Assembly (NCBI GenBank): GCA_044347905.1
Contig: JBIKTV010000003.1
Coordinates: forward strand, 1-44,219
Direction of reading: 5' to 3'
Source of the DNA: Myxococcota bacterium
GTDB lineage: Bacteria; Myxococcota_A; UBA9042
Length of the DNA: 44,219 nucleotides
The notes under the pieces are model-generated. The model did not search any database, was not told where the DNA came from, and saw only the letters and a program-made list of their open reading frames with translations. The stretch's first letter is position 1. Each line of letters opens with the position of its first letter. Below are positions 1-8,667 of the stretch, in pieces. The translations under genes and the position numbers were made by a program.

Positions 1-744
1 GGCGCCCAGGAACTGCTCGCCGCCCACAGCGCCTTGAGCCGCGCCGTCGCTCTGGATCCGCGCCACCAACCGGCGCTGATGGCTCTGCCGCTTGTGGCCA
101 GGGCCTTGCGCAACGCCGGCGATGGCGGGGAGCGCGTGGCCTTTGGCGATTTTGACCAGACGCCGGAAAAGGCCATCGCCCGGGCCCTGGCGGACAATGA
201 ATTGGTGCTGGCGCGGCAGTTGGTCCAGGCGGCGCTGCCCAAGCCCGCGGCGAGCAATAGCGCGGTCTTGCTGGTGCTCGCTGGCGAATTGGCCCTGCGC
301 GACTCGGCCGCCGCCAAAGCCCAGGCGCTCTTTGATCAGGCGCTCAAGCTGCACCCCAACCACGACGCCGCGCGCAAAGGCCTCGCCGATGCCTTGTTCC
401 AGCAGGGGCGCAATGCAGAGGCGCGCAAGCTGGCGGGCCTGGGCTTGGCCCCAGAATACCTGGCGCCGGACACGGACTTACAGCTGTGGGTCGCCAAGCG
501 CCGCAGCGAGTTTCAGCACCAGTTGCGCATGGCCCTGGACCCAGGGGTAAGGCCCAACCCGAGCTTGGTCGATCAGGTCGATCAGGAATTGCCCCGCGCC
601 GCAGAGATGCTGCCGGTCAAGCCCACGGCCGCCACGACACCTGGCAAGAAGGGCAAGGGCGCCGCTAAGTCAGCCAAAGCCAAGACGGACAAGCCCAAGG
701 CCGGCAAAGCCAAAGCCGGCTCCAAGGCCAAGAAGCTACCTTGA
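1..744 (+). CDS. TPR-containing protein, C-terminal part (5'-truncated), with Lys/Ala-rich tail
   Basis: Frame 1 is open from base 1. It contains a TPR-like segment (AQALFDQALKLHPNHDAARKGLADALFQQGRNAEA) and a basic tail (KKGKGAAKSAKAKTDKPKAGKAK). Stop is at 742-744. Confidence 0.7.
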   Translation, partial: GAQELLAAHSALSRAVALDPRHQPALMALPLVARALRNAGDGGERVAFGDFDQTPEKAIARALADNELVLARQLVQAALPKPAASNSAVLLVLAGELALRDSAAAKAQALFDQALKLHPNHDAARKGLADALFQQGRNAEARKLAGLGLAPEYLAPDTDLQLWVAKRRSEFQHQLRMALDPGVRPNPSLVDQVDQELPRAAEMLPVKPTAATTPGKKGKGAAKSAKAKTDKPKAGKAKAGSKAKKLP

Positions 745-752
745 GTTCGCCC

Positions 753-1985
753 ATGACCTCCCGCCCTTTTCCGCAGTCCCCCGCCTCTGGCCAAATCCGC
801 GGATCGGTCCTGCTCCCTTCAGCCGATTTGACGGTCCGCTGGCTTCCCCACGCCCAGGTCAGCTGGCAAGACGGGCGGATCAGCGCAGTTCAAGAGCTTA
901 TGGACCCTGCCCCGGCGGAAGCGCCGCTCATTCTTCCCGGATTTGTAGACCTGCACATCCATTGGCCCCAGAGCCACGTGCGCGGGCAGTTCTCTGGCCA
1001 ACTGCTGCCATGGCTGCGCGAGTCGATCTGGCCAGCGGAAGCGGAATTTGCCGCGCCAGCGTTGGCGACACGCAGGGCCGCGGAGTTCTTGCACGCCACC
1101 TCGCGGGCCGGCACCTGCGGCGGACTGGCTTTTGGCCCGCCCTTTGCTTCTGCGAGCGCGGCTTTTCAGGCCCTCGCTTGGCCGGGTTGGCTAGAGGGGC
1201 CGGCACTGATGGAGCGCCATGCGCCCGCAGAGATGCTGCAGCCCGTGGCTGAAACCCTGGCCCAGCTTGAGCAATTGCCCGGCTGGCAGCAACGCCGCAC
1301 GGCTGTCTCGCCGCGTTTTGCCCCCAACGTGTCAGCTGAGGGCTTGGCCCTGTGCGGCCGCAAGGCCCGCGAGGCGGGGTTGGCAGTTCAGTCGCACCTC
1401 TCTGAGAATCTGGATGAAATCGCCTGGGTGGCCCAGCTATTTGCCGACGCCAGCGACTACAGCGACGTCTACGACCGCGCCGGCCTTCTCGGCCCCCATG
1501 TGGTCATGGCCCACGGCATCCACCTTTCCGATCGGGAGCTTGCCCGCCTGGCTGCCACAGGCACGCTGATCGCCCACTGTCCGACCAGCAATGAAGCTCT
1601 GGGGTCTGGCCGCATGCCGCTGGAGCGACTCCGCGGAGCCGGCGTGCCCTGGGTGTTGGCGACCGACATCGGCGCGGGACCGCAGCTGAGCCAGCTGGAC
1701 ACCATGCGGGCTTTTCTGAATATCCACAAAGGTTTAGCGGACGCCACTGCGACGGAAGCTCTCTGCCGAGCGAGCGCGGTGCCCGGGCATTGGCTGGGGC
1801 AGTTTGACCCAAGTCTGGCTGGGCTGGGCTCTCTGGCTGTGGGGGCACCGGCCCATCTGGTCGCTCTGGCCCCAGTGCCGGGGGACGACGCCGAAACTGT
1901 CCTGCGCAACGTGCTGCAAGCCGCGCCCGCGAATACGGAAACTCTGCCGCGCGCTGTCTGGGTTTGGGGCCAACCCGCCTTTTGA
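753..1985 (+). CDS. guaD: Guanine deaminase (amidohydrolase superfamily)
   Basis: Motifs PGFVDLHIHWPQ, SPRFA, QSHLSEN, MAHGIHL, HCPTSN and ATDIGAG. Start is either TTG 741 (overlapping the upstream stop) or ATG 753. Confidence 0.8.
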   Translation: MTSRPFPQSPASGQIRGSVLLPSADLTVRWLPHAQVSWQDGRISAVQELMDPAPAEAPLILPGFVDLHIHWPQSHVRGQFSGQLLPWLRESIWPAEAEFAAPALATRRAAEFLHATSRAGTCGGLAFGPPFASASAAFQALAWPGWLEGPALMERHAPAEMLQPVAETLAQLEQLPGWQQRRTAVSPRFAPNVSAEGLALCGRKAREAGLAVQSHLSENLDEIAWVAQLFADASDYSDVYDRAGLLGPHVVMAHGIHLSDRELARLAATGTLIAHCPTSNEALGSGRMPLERLRGAGVPWVLATDIGAGPQLSQLDTMRAFLNIHKGLADATATEALCRASAVPGHWLGQFDPSLAGLGSLAVGAPAHLVALAPVPGDDAETVLRNVLQAAPANTETLPRAVWVWGQPAF

Positions 1986-2091
1986 CGCGCCGCGTCAGCC
2001 GCTCGGCCGATCTTGACGCACGGGCCAATTCCCGCCGACACTACTGGCCGCGACGGCCCAGCCCTGCCCTGGGCGTGGCCCGACCGTACCT

Positions 2092-2143
2092 CCTCAGTGC
2101 CTTAGCCTCAGTGCCTTAGCCTCAGTGCCTTACCCTCACTGCC
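2092..2143. repeat. 14-bp tandem repeat CCTCAGTGCCTTAG, about 3.5 copies
   Basis: cctcagtgccttag / cctcagtgccttag / cctcagtgccttac / cctcactgcc, read directly upstream of argG. Confidence 0.9.
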
Positions 2144-2202
2144 CCGCCCCTACCGCCATGTTGGCCAAGCAAAACTCCAGTCAAATAGCGAGGATCTTTA
2201 CC

Positions 2203-3471
2203 ATGAGCGAACGCAAGAAGGTTGTGCTGGCCTATTCGGGCGGCCTGGACACGTCGGTGATGCTGCACTGGCTCAAGTACAACCAAGGCTACGATGTCGT
2301 GTGCATGACCGCCGACGTCGGCCAGGGCGAGGAGCTGGACGGCCTGCGAGAAAAAGCCATGTCCTCAGGCGCTTCTGGCCTGTACGTCATGGACCTGCGC
2401 GAGACTTTTGTCCGCGATTACGTGTTTCCGGCGCTCATGGCCAACGCCGTCTACGAGGGTTACTACCTGCTCGGCACGTCGCTTGCCCGCCCGCCGATCG
2501 CCAAGGCGCTGGTCGAGGTGGCGGTTGCTGAAAAAGCCTTCGCCATTTCGCACGGTTCTACCGGCAAGGGCAACGATCAGGTGCGCTTTGAGCTGGGCGC
2601 CTACGCGCTCGAGCCGTCGATCCAGGTCATCGCCCCGTGGCGCACTTGGCCGTACAAGAGCCGCACCGACCTGATCAACTACTGCAAAGAACACAACATT
2701 CCGATCACCGTGACCGCGGCCAAGCCGTATTCGACCGACCGCAACCTGCTCCACATCAGCTTTGAGGGCGGCATCCTGGAGGATCCGTGGCGCGCCCCGC
2801 CGGCCGACATGTTCCGCCTCAGCGTCGACCCGCGCCAGGCCCCCGATGAGGCCGAAGACGTGGAGATCGCCTTTGAAGACGGCATTCCGGTGGCGATCAA
2901 CGGCGTCAAGCTCGGCCCCGTGGCCCTGCTGGAAAAAGCCAATGAGTTGGGCGGCAAGCACGGCTGCGGCCGCGTCGATATCGTGGAGAATCGCTACGTC
3001 GGCATCAAGTCGCGCGGCGTGTATGAGACCCCGGGCGGCACGCTGCTCTACCACGCCCACCGCGCCGTGGAGTCGCTCGTGCTCGATCGCGAGGTCATGA
3101 GCCTGCGCGACGGCCTGGTGCCGCAGTACACCCGCATGATCTACAACGGGTACTGGTTTAGCCCGGAAATGACCCAGATGCTCGGCTTTATGAAGTCGAT
3201 TCAAAAGGGCGTCACCGGCGTGGCCCGCCTGCAGCTCTACAAGGGCAATGTCACGGTGACCGGCCGCAAGGCGCGGAATTCACTGTACAATCCTGAGTAC
3301 AGCACCTTCGAGGCGGACAAGGTCTACAACCAGGCCGATGCCGACGGCTTCATCAAGCTCAACGCCCTGCGCCTCAAGCTCAGCACGTATCGCGATCGCG
3401 CGGTGCTCGAGCACCCCAACCAGGAAGAAGCCAAGGATCTCGCGGATCTGCGTCAGAACTACATCGAGTAG
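2203..3471 (+). CDS. argG: Argininosuccinate synthase
   Basis: Motifs [36 protein letters not shown] and [20 protein letters not shown] 2203 follows a GAGGA RBS. Confidence 0.97.
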   Translation: MSERKKVVLAYSGGLDTSVMLHWLKYNQGYDVVCMTADVGQGEELDGLREKAMSSGASGLYVMDLRETFVRDYVFPALMANAVYEGYYLLGTSLARPPIAKALVEVAVAEKAFAISHGSTGKGNDQVRFELGAYALEPSIQVIAPWRTWPYKSRTDLINYCKEHNIPITVTAAKPYSTDRNLLHISFEGGILEDPWRAPPADMFRLSVDPRQAPDEAEDVEIAFEDGIPVAINGVKLGPVALLEKANELGGKHGCGRVDIVENRYVGIKSRGVYETPGGTLLYHAHRAVESLVLDREVMSLRDGLVPQYTRMIYNGYWFSPEMTQMLGFMKSIQKGVTGVARLQLYKGNVTVTGRKARNSLYNPEYSTFEADKVYNQADADGFIKLNALRLKLSTYRDRAVLEHPNQEEAKDLADLRQNYIE

Positions 3472-3522
3472 ACGCCGCCTCGTCCTGTCCCCGGTTGCCA
3501 CATTCCACGCACGGGAGGCCCC

Positions 3523-4458
3523 ATGCAGCAGCGGATCAAGATCTTTGCCGGCACCAGTCACCCCCAGCTGGCCCAGTCCATCTGCGACGCCATTGACCTG
3601 CCTCTCTCCAAGTCCGAAGTCGTCAAGTTCGCCAATGAGAACCTGATGGTGCGGATCCTAGAGAACGTGCGGGGCTGCGACGTCTTCTATGTGCAGAGCT
3701 CGGCGCCGCCGGTCAATGAGGCCCTGGTGGAGACGCTGATCGCCATCGACGCCCTCAAAGGCGCTTCGGCGACGCGGGTCACGGCGGTGCTGCCCTATCT
3801 GCCGTATTCGCGCTCGGACAAGAAGGATCAGCCGCGCATCTCGATCACCGCGCGCCTGGTGGCGGATCTGCTGCAGACGGCCGGCGCCGATCGCGTGCTA
3901 ACCATGGACCTGCATGCCGCGCAGATCCAAGGCTTTTTCCACGTCCCTGTCGACCAGCTGACCGGCGCGCCGGTGCTGTGCGATTACCTCAAGAACCTGG
4001 ACCTCAGCACCTGCGTGTTGGTGGCCGGCGACGTGGGTGAAGCCAAGGATATCGGCAAGTTTGCCAACGCCCTCAACCTGCCCGTGGCGATCGTGGACAA
4101 GCGCCGCTACGGCAACGACGATCGCGCGGTGGCGACCAACCTGATCGGCGAAGTGGCGGGCAAGCACGCGATCATCGTGGACGACGAGATCGCCACCGGC
4201 GGCACGGTCATCGAAGCGACGAATTTCCTGATGTCTCGCGGGGCTTTGTCGGTCAAGGTCGCGGCGACCCACGCGGTGCTATCTGGGCCGGCGGTGGAGC
4301 GCATCAATAACTCCGTGCTCGACCGGGTGATCGTCACCGACACCATCCCGCTGAGAGACAAGAAGTCGAGCAAGATCGAGGTGTTGTCGGTCGCGCCGCT
4401 GTTCGCCAAGGCCATCCGCCGCATCCACGACGGCGACTCGATCTCCGACCTGTTCTAG
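3523..4458 (+). CDS. prs: Ribose-phosphate pyrophosphokinase
   Basis: Motifs PYLPYSRSDKK, MDLHAAQIQGFF, DKRR, IVDDEIATGGT and ATHAVLSG. GGGAGG RBS. Confidence 0.95.
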   Translation: MQQRIKIFAGTSHPQLAQSICDAIDLPLSKSEVVKFANENLMVRILENVRGCDVFYVQSSAPPVNEALVETLIAIDALKGASATRVTAVLPYLPYSRSDKKDQPRISITARLVADLLQTAGADRVLTMDLHAAQIQGFFHVPVDQLTGAPVLCDYLKNLDLSTCVLVAGDVGEAKDIGKFANALNLPVAIVDKRRYGNDDRAVATNLIGEVAGKHAIIVDDEIATGGTVIEATNFLMSRGALSVKVAATHAVLSGPAVERINNSVLDRVIVTDTIPLRDKKSSKIEVLSVAPLFAKAIRRIHDGDSISDLF

Positions 4459-4509
4459 ATCCCCCGGAACAGCACTAGACCTTCCGGAACTGTTCTAGAT
4501 CCCTGGAAC
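4451..4509. repeat. Degenerate 20-bp tandem repeat, 3 copies, overlapping the prs stop
   Basis: tgttctagatcccccggaac / agcactagaccttccggaac / tgttctagatccct-ggaac. Confidence 0.8.
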
Positions 4510-4534
4510 AAAGCGAGCGTCTGAGCGGTTCTGC

Positions 4535-4563
4535 TTGACCCGGTTTGGGTGGGCGCATAGCTT
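4535..4563 (+). promoter_or_regulatory. Putative sigma70-type promoter (TTGACC-N17-TAGCTT)
   Basis: TTGACC at 4535-4540 and TAGCTT at 4558-4563, with a 17-bp spacer. The ATG at 4570 lies 7 nt downstream. Confidence 0.5.
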
Positions 4564-4569
4564 GGGGAT

Positions 4570-5676
4570 ATGGTCGGTCCTGCAAAAGCATGGCGGCGTT
4601 GGTTAGGGGCTGTCGCCGCGGGGCTGGCAGCGGCCCTGGCTTTGCTGTGGAGTCTTGCCGCCTTGGTCCATCTGGACGCGGGCCAGCCTCTGACCCAAAG
4701 CGCCGCACAGCGCGCCAAGAAGCCTGGGAAAGGCCAGCCCAAGATCGCTTCTCGCCTGCGCTTTCTTCCTCCCGTGCCGCGGCCGGTCGAGGCCAAAAAG
4801 CCCGATCAGCCCAAGACAGAGGAAGAGCTGCTGAACGGCCAGGTGGTGGAGACTGCGCGGCCGGAGCGCGAGCAAGCTCCCAAAAACGCCAAGTATCTGG
4901 GCCGTTACGACATGACGGTGCAGAAGGAGACCAAGGCGACCGGCCGCAAGACCCCGGGGCGCGATCTGGGGCGAGTGGCGATCGACAACCCGTCTAAGCT
5001 TCAGAGCCCTCAGTCAACCAGTAAGGATCCCACGCAGTTGCCATCGATGGCGGCGCGGGCGGCCAAGTCGACGGGCGGGCCGGCTCAGGCAGCCGTTGAA
5101 GCCGCCAAGGGCCCCGGCGAGGGCCAAGCGCCGCAAGAGGAGCGTCAGGCCGGTCAGAGCGGCTCGGTGGTGGTGCGCGGGGCCGACAACGGTCTGCTGC
5201 TGCCCTCGACCTCCCCCGGCAACGTGCTGCGCAATCTACAGGCGCTGTCTGGATCGCCGGGGTCGAACGACTACCTGCCCGACGTGGATGACGAAGGCGA
5301 CACCAACCTACTGAACACGCGCAAGTTCCGCTATTGGGATTATTTTCAGCGGGTTAAGGACCGCGTATCTCAGGAGTGGGAGCCGGGGCGGGTGTGGCGC
5401 GAGCGCGATCCGACCGGCCAGCGCTTTGGCGTCAAGAACCGCCTCACCATCGTCAAGGTCACTTTGAATCCCGAGGGCGCGCTCAAGCACCTCAAGGTCG
5501 CCAAAGATTCTGGCCTGGAGTTCCTTGACGAGGAGGCCCGGCGCGCCTTTGCTGCGGCAAGTCCCTTTCCCAATCCACCGGCGGGCCTTCGCAACGGCAA
5601 CGGCGAGATTGAGTTTCAGTTCGGCTTCCTCTTTGAGATCTCTTCGCAGCGATTCAAAATGGGCGGCTGGCAGTAG
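4570..5676 (+). CDS. TonB/TolA-family protein (N-terminal TM, Pro/Lys-rich linker, TonB C-terminal domain)
   Basis: Hydrophobic N-terminal anchor. C-terminal YFQRVKDRVSQEW...VKVTLNPEGAL...VAKDSGLEFLDEEARRAF..ASPFPNPP matches the TonB_C pattern. Confidence 0.8.
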   Translation: MVGPAKAWRRWLGAVAAGLAAALALLWSLAALVHLDAGQPLTQSAAQRAKKPGKGQPKIASRLRFLPPVPRPVEAKKPDQPKTEEELLNGQVVETARPEREQAPKNAKYLGRYDMTVQKETKATGRKTPGRDLGRVAIDNPSKLQSPQSTSKDPTQLPSMAARAAKSTGGPAQAAVEAAKGPGEGQAPQEERQAGQSGSVVVRGADNGLLLPSTSPGNVLRNLQALSGSPGSNDYLPDVDDEGDTNLLNTRKFRYWDYFQRVKDRVSQEWEPGRVWRERDPTGQRFGVKNRLTIVKVTLNPEGALKHLKVAKDSGLEFLDEEARRAFAAASPFPNPPAGLRNGNGEIEFQFGFLFEISSQRFKMGGWQ

Positions 5677-5703
5677 GGATAGCCCTCGAACCCAGGATGA
5701 ACT

Positions 5704-7089
5704 TTGCAGTTTCGCGTTTTTGGACCCCGCCGCTGGTTGGGGAAATGGCTCCTGCTTTGCTCGCTGCTGTTGGCGTTGCCGGTTTGGGCGCAGCGGCCCG
5801 CGGAGAAGGCCCCGGCGGTAGTGCCGGCGATCCCTGCGCTTTCTGTGTATAGCGGCGGCCTGGAGCTGCGGCTGCGCCTGCACGACGTGGACGACGATCG
5901 CCGCGAGCCCCTGGCCAAAGCGGTGAAGGAAGCCGCGGACAATGTACAGGCCTATCTCCGCGGCGGGCTGGATGGCGCGGTCGATATCGACCTGGTGGGC
6001 AGCGAGGATGCCTTCTCGCAGGTCATGGCCGACCACGCGGTGCAAGGGTGGGACGAGCGCTGGCTCGCTGGCCTGGCCATGCTCGACCAAAGGCGGATCA
6101 TTGTGCATGTGAACGGCACCCGCGCCCTGACCACGCGCGAGACGTTGGAGCACGAATTGGTCCATGTCGGCTTGCACGCTGCGAGTCGCGGGCGGTTCCT
6201 GCCCACGTGGTACCAAGAGGGCGTGGCGACGCTGCTGGCCGGTGAAGCGACTTTTGAGCGCCTCCGCGATCTGGCGGGTGCCGCGCCGCTGGGCCAGCTA
6301 GAGAGCCTGCGCAACCTCAATGAGGGCTTTCACGGCAGCCAGGTGGCCCGCCAGCGCGCCTATGCCACGGCCGCGGGGTTTCTGCAGTTTGCCACCCGGC
6401 GCGTGGGCGGGATCAGCGCGATCGGCGACGTGCAGAAGCGCCTGCAAGAAGGGGCGACGCTGGAGCGGGCTTTTGCCATGACCTTTGGCGCCCCTCCAGA
6501 GGACTTGTACGCGGCCTACGCGACGCAAATCCAGGCCAGCGCCTCGGCTTGGGCAGTGCTGTTTTCCGACAGCGCCATTTGGTCCGTGGTGTCCCTGCTG
6601 GGGATGTTTGCCATGCTGCAGGCCCACCGCAACCGACCGCGCGCAGAGCCGCAGCCGAGCGGTGATCCAGAAGACGACGAGCCGATCGACTTGGAGGCGG
6701 TCGCCGCTGCCGGCCAGCAGGCGCTGAACCGGCCGTGGCAGCGGGCCCAGCGGCCGTTGCTAGAGGGCGATGCCAGCGGAGTGCTGGGCCAGCGGGCCGA
6801 TGCCGCGGTGTTGGCGATGCTTGAGGATCCGCTGATCCTTGGGGAATCGCCGCAGACCATGGCCGATCTCCCGCAGGATGCCAAGGCCGACGAACCGTTG
6901 GACCCGGCGGCGATCGCGCCAACGCTGCCGGGCGATCGTCCGCTGCGCCCGTGGCAAGTCCGCGATTTTACACTGGAGCCTCTGCGCGTCGCCGCGGAAC
7001 AGGCCGATGACGCAAATCAGCTGGAACCCTCCGAGTCGCCAGAGATAACTATGGACACCGCCGCAGAAGAGCGGCCCACTTTGCATTGA
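5704..7089 (+). CDS. Membrane-anchored peptidase MA (gluzincin)-like metallopeptidase
   Basis: Signal peptide, then LEHELVH (HExxH) followed by PTWYQEGVA. A TM segment (SAIWSVVSLLGMFAML) precedes an acidic disordered tail. Confidence 0.75.
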   Translation: MQFRVFGPRRWLGKWLLLCSLLLALPVWAQRPAEKAPAVVPAIPALSVYSGGLELRLRLHDVDDDRREPLAKAVKEAADNVQAYLRGGLDGAVDIDLVGSEDAFSQVMADHAVQGWDERWLAGLAMLDQRRIIVHVNGTRALTTRETLEHELVHVGLHAASRGRFLPTWYQEGVATLLAGEATFERLRDLAGAAPLGQLESLRNLNEGFHGSQVARQRAYATAAGFLQFATRRVGGISAIGDVQKRLQEGATLERAFAMTFGAPPEDLYAAYATQIQASASAWAVLFSDSAIWSVVSLLGMFAMLQAHRNRPRAEPQPSGDPEDDEPIDLEAVAAAGQQALNRPWQRAQRPLLEGDASGVLGQRADAAVLAMLEDPLILGESPQTMADLPQDAKADEPLDPAAIAPTLPGDRPLRPWQVRDFTLEPLRVAAEQADDANQLEPSESPEITMDTAAEERPTLH

Positions 7090-8345
7090 CCGCCTTGCAA
7101 ATGCAGACGTATAAGCCGGGGGCGACCACTCGAGCACCGATGCCCCCGACCTCTCTCCACCTCCACCAACTGCGCCGCGACCACATGCGCATCCTGGTCC
7201 AGGTGGTGGAGTATGTGCAGAATCAGCTGGCGGATCCCATTGTTCTGGATGCTGCGTCGGGCTGGTTTCGCACCCGCCTGACCAGTGGCGCCGCGCTGGA
7301 GTCGCTGCTGATCGATCGCGGCGCGGACGTGGAGTTCTATCCGTGGTTGGCTTGGGACGCGCCGCTCGACAAGGGTCCGCTAGGCCAGCAGATCGCTGAA
7401 CAATTTGCCGCCGGCCGCGATCAGCAGATCCTGCAGGCGCTGGTGGATAGCGCGCCTCAGGCCTACAAAGTGCTGCGAATCCTTGAGGATGGTGCGGTGC
7501 TGGCTCCGCTGAGTCGCTTGCCTGGACCCGCAGAGTTGAGCGTGCGCGAGCCCGTGCTGGCCAAGTTAGCGCCCGTGGGCGAGCTGTTGGTGGCGCGCTT
7601 GCCCTGTGTGGACGGCCTGTACTTGATGGACGCGGTCCACGCCACCCTGCCCGCCCGCTGCCTCCGCGCCATGACTGCCGCCCAGGCCCAGGCAGAAAAC
7701 CTGCCGCGCGCAGACCAGTTGCGCTGCCTATTGACCGCTGCGCGTCGCTCGCTCGCGCGGGCGCCGATCCTGACTGCCGCGCCCATGGCGGAGCGCAGCC
7801 GCCGCACCACCTTGGTGTTCCGCGTGGAAGATCACAGCGGTACCCAGCGAAAACTGGTTCAATTGCAGGGCGCTAACGTTCTGCAGCAGCTCTCGCCCCA
7901 GAGCTTCTCGATCTCCCCTGGCGGTCTGGCCCCCGCCGGTGCGGTGTTGCGCCTGCACGGCGCGCGGCTACATGCCAGCACCGTCCAGCCAGAGAAGCTG
8001 GCCGATCTGCAGGCCGCCGTGGCCCAGTGGCTGCCGCAATTGCCTCTGCAGATGACCCTTCACCGCGACCTGGGGCCGCTTTTTGAGGCCCAGACCCAGG
8101 TTCGCGGCGACGCCGATCAGTGGCGGCGGCTGGCGAGCGACTGGCTGTGCGAAATGCTCGCCGGCTTCTCTGAGACGCCCCAACCGGGCCTTGGGGGCGC
8201 CACGCCTAAGCAGCTGATCCGCACCGCCAAAGGCCGCCAGAGCGTGCGCGCGTGGTTCAAAGTCGCGGCCCAAGTCGCCGAGCTGGCCGAGCCACGCTAT
8301 CGCCACCTGCTGGAGCGGGTCAGTTCAGAGCTGTTGCAGGCTTAG
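7086..8345 (+). CDS. Hypothetical protein with C-terminal Xre/MbcA/ParS-C (DUF2384)-like motif
   Basis: TTG start overlaps the upstream TGA (alternative ATGs at 7101 and 7140). C-terminal segment FSETPQPGLGGATPKQLIRTAKGRQSVRAW. Confidence 0.55.
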   Translation: MTALQMQTYKPGATTRAPMPPTSLHLHQLRRDHMRILVQVVEYVQNQLADPIVLDAASGWFRTRLTSGAALESLLIDRGADVEFYPWLAWDAPLDKGPLGQQIAEQFAAGRDQQILQALVDSAPQAYKVLRILEDGAVLAPLSRLPGPAELSVREPVLAKLAPVGELLVARLPCVDGLYLMDAVHATLPARCLRAMTAAQAQAENLPRADQLRCLLTAARRSLARAPILTAAPMAERSRRTTLVFRVEDHSGTQRKLVQLQGANVLQQLSPQSFSISPGGLAPAGAVLRLHGARLHASTVQPEKLADLQAAVAQWLPQLPLQMTLHRDLGPLFEAQTQVRGDADQWRRLASDWLCEMLAGFSETPQPGLGGATPKQLIRTAKGRQSVRAWFKVAAQVAELAEPRYRHLLERVSSELLQA

Positions 8346-8352
8346 CGCTCGA

Positions 8353-8667
8353 TCAGCCGTCGTCTGGCTCAAACGCTTTGCAGAACTGAGCGATTCCCTG
8401 CTCATCAACGACTTCAAAGTCCTCTGAGCGCAGGGCGGCGTTGGGCCAGCCGAGCGAACAGCGGCCATCGGCGCACACAAACACGCACTCGCGGCAGCGA
8501 AACGCCAGCTGCCAGCGCTCAGCGTCGCGGAGAAACGCCCGGTTGACTTCGCTGCGATCGCCGCCCTGCAGCAGATCGGGCTGAAACGGCGGTCGGCGCG
8601 CAGGCTGCAGCGGCTTTTGCGGCTTGGGCGGTTTGGCTGGCCTGGGAGGCTGAGAAACGCCGCTCAT
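8353..8667 (-). CDS. Small Cys-rich hypothetical protein (putative metal-binding)
   Basis: CRECVFVC...C...FCKAFE. Its ATG overlaps the stop of the upstream minus-strand gene (ATGA). Confidence 0.6.
   Translation of the reverse strand: MSGVSQPPRPAKPPKPQKPLQPARRPPFQPDLLQGGDRSEVNRAFLRDAERWQLAFRCRECVFVCADGRCSLGWPNAALRSEDFEVVDEQGIAQFCKAFEPDDG

Noticed and set aside
2092-2143. Intergenic repeats as mini-CRISPR arrays
   Set aside because: Units are 13-20 bp and contiguous without spacers, and there are no cas genes.
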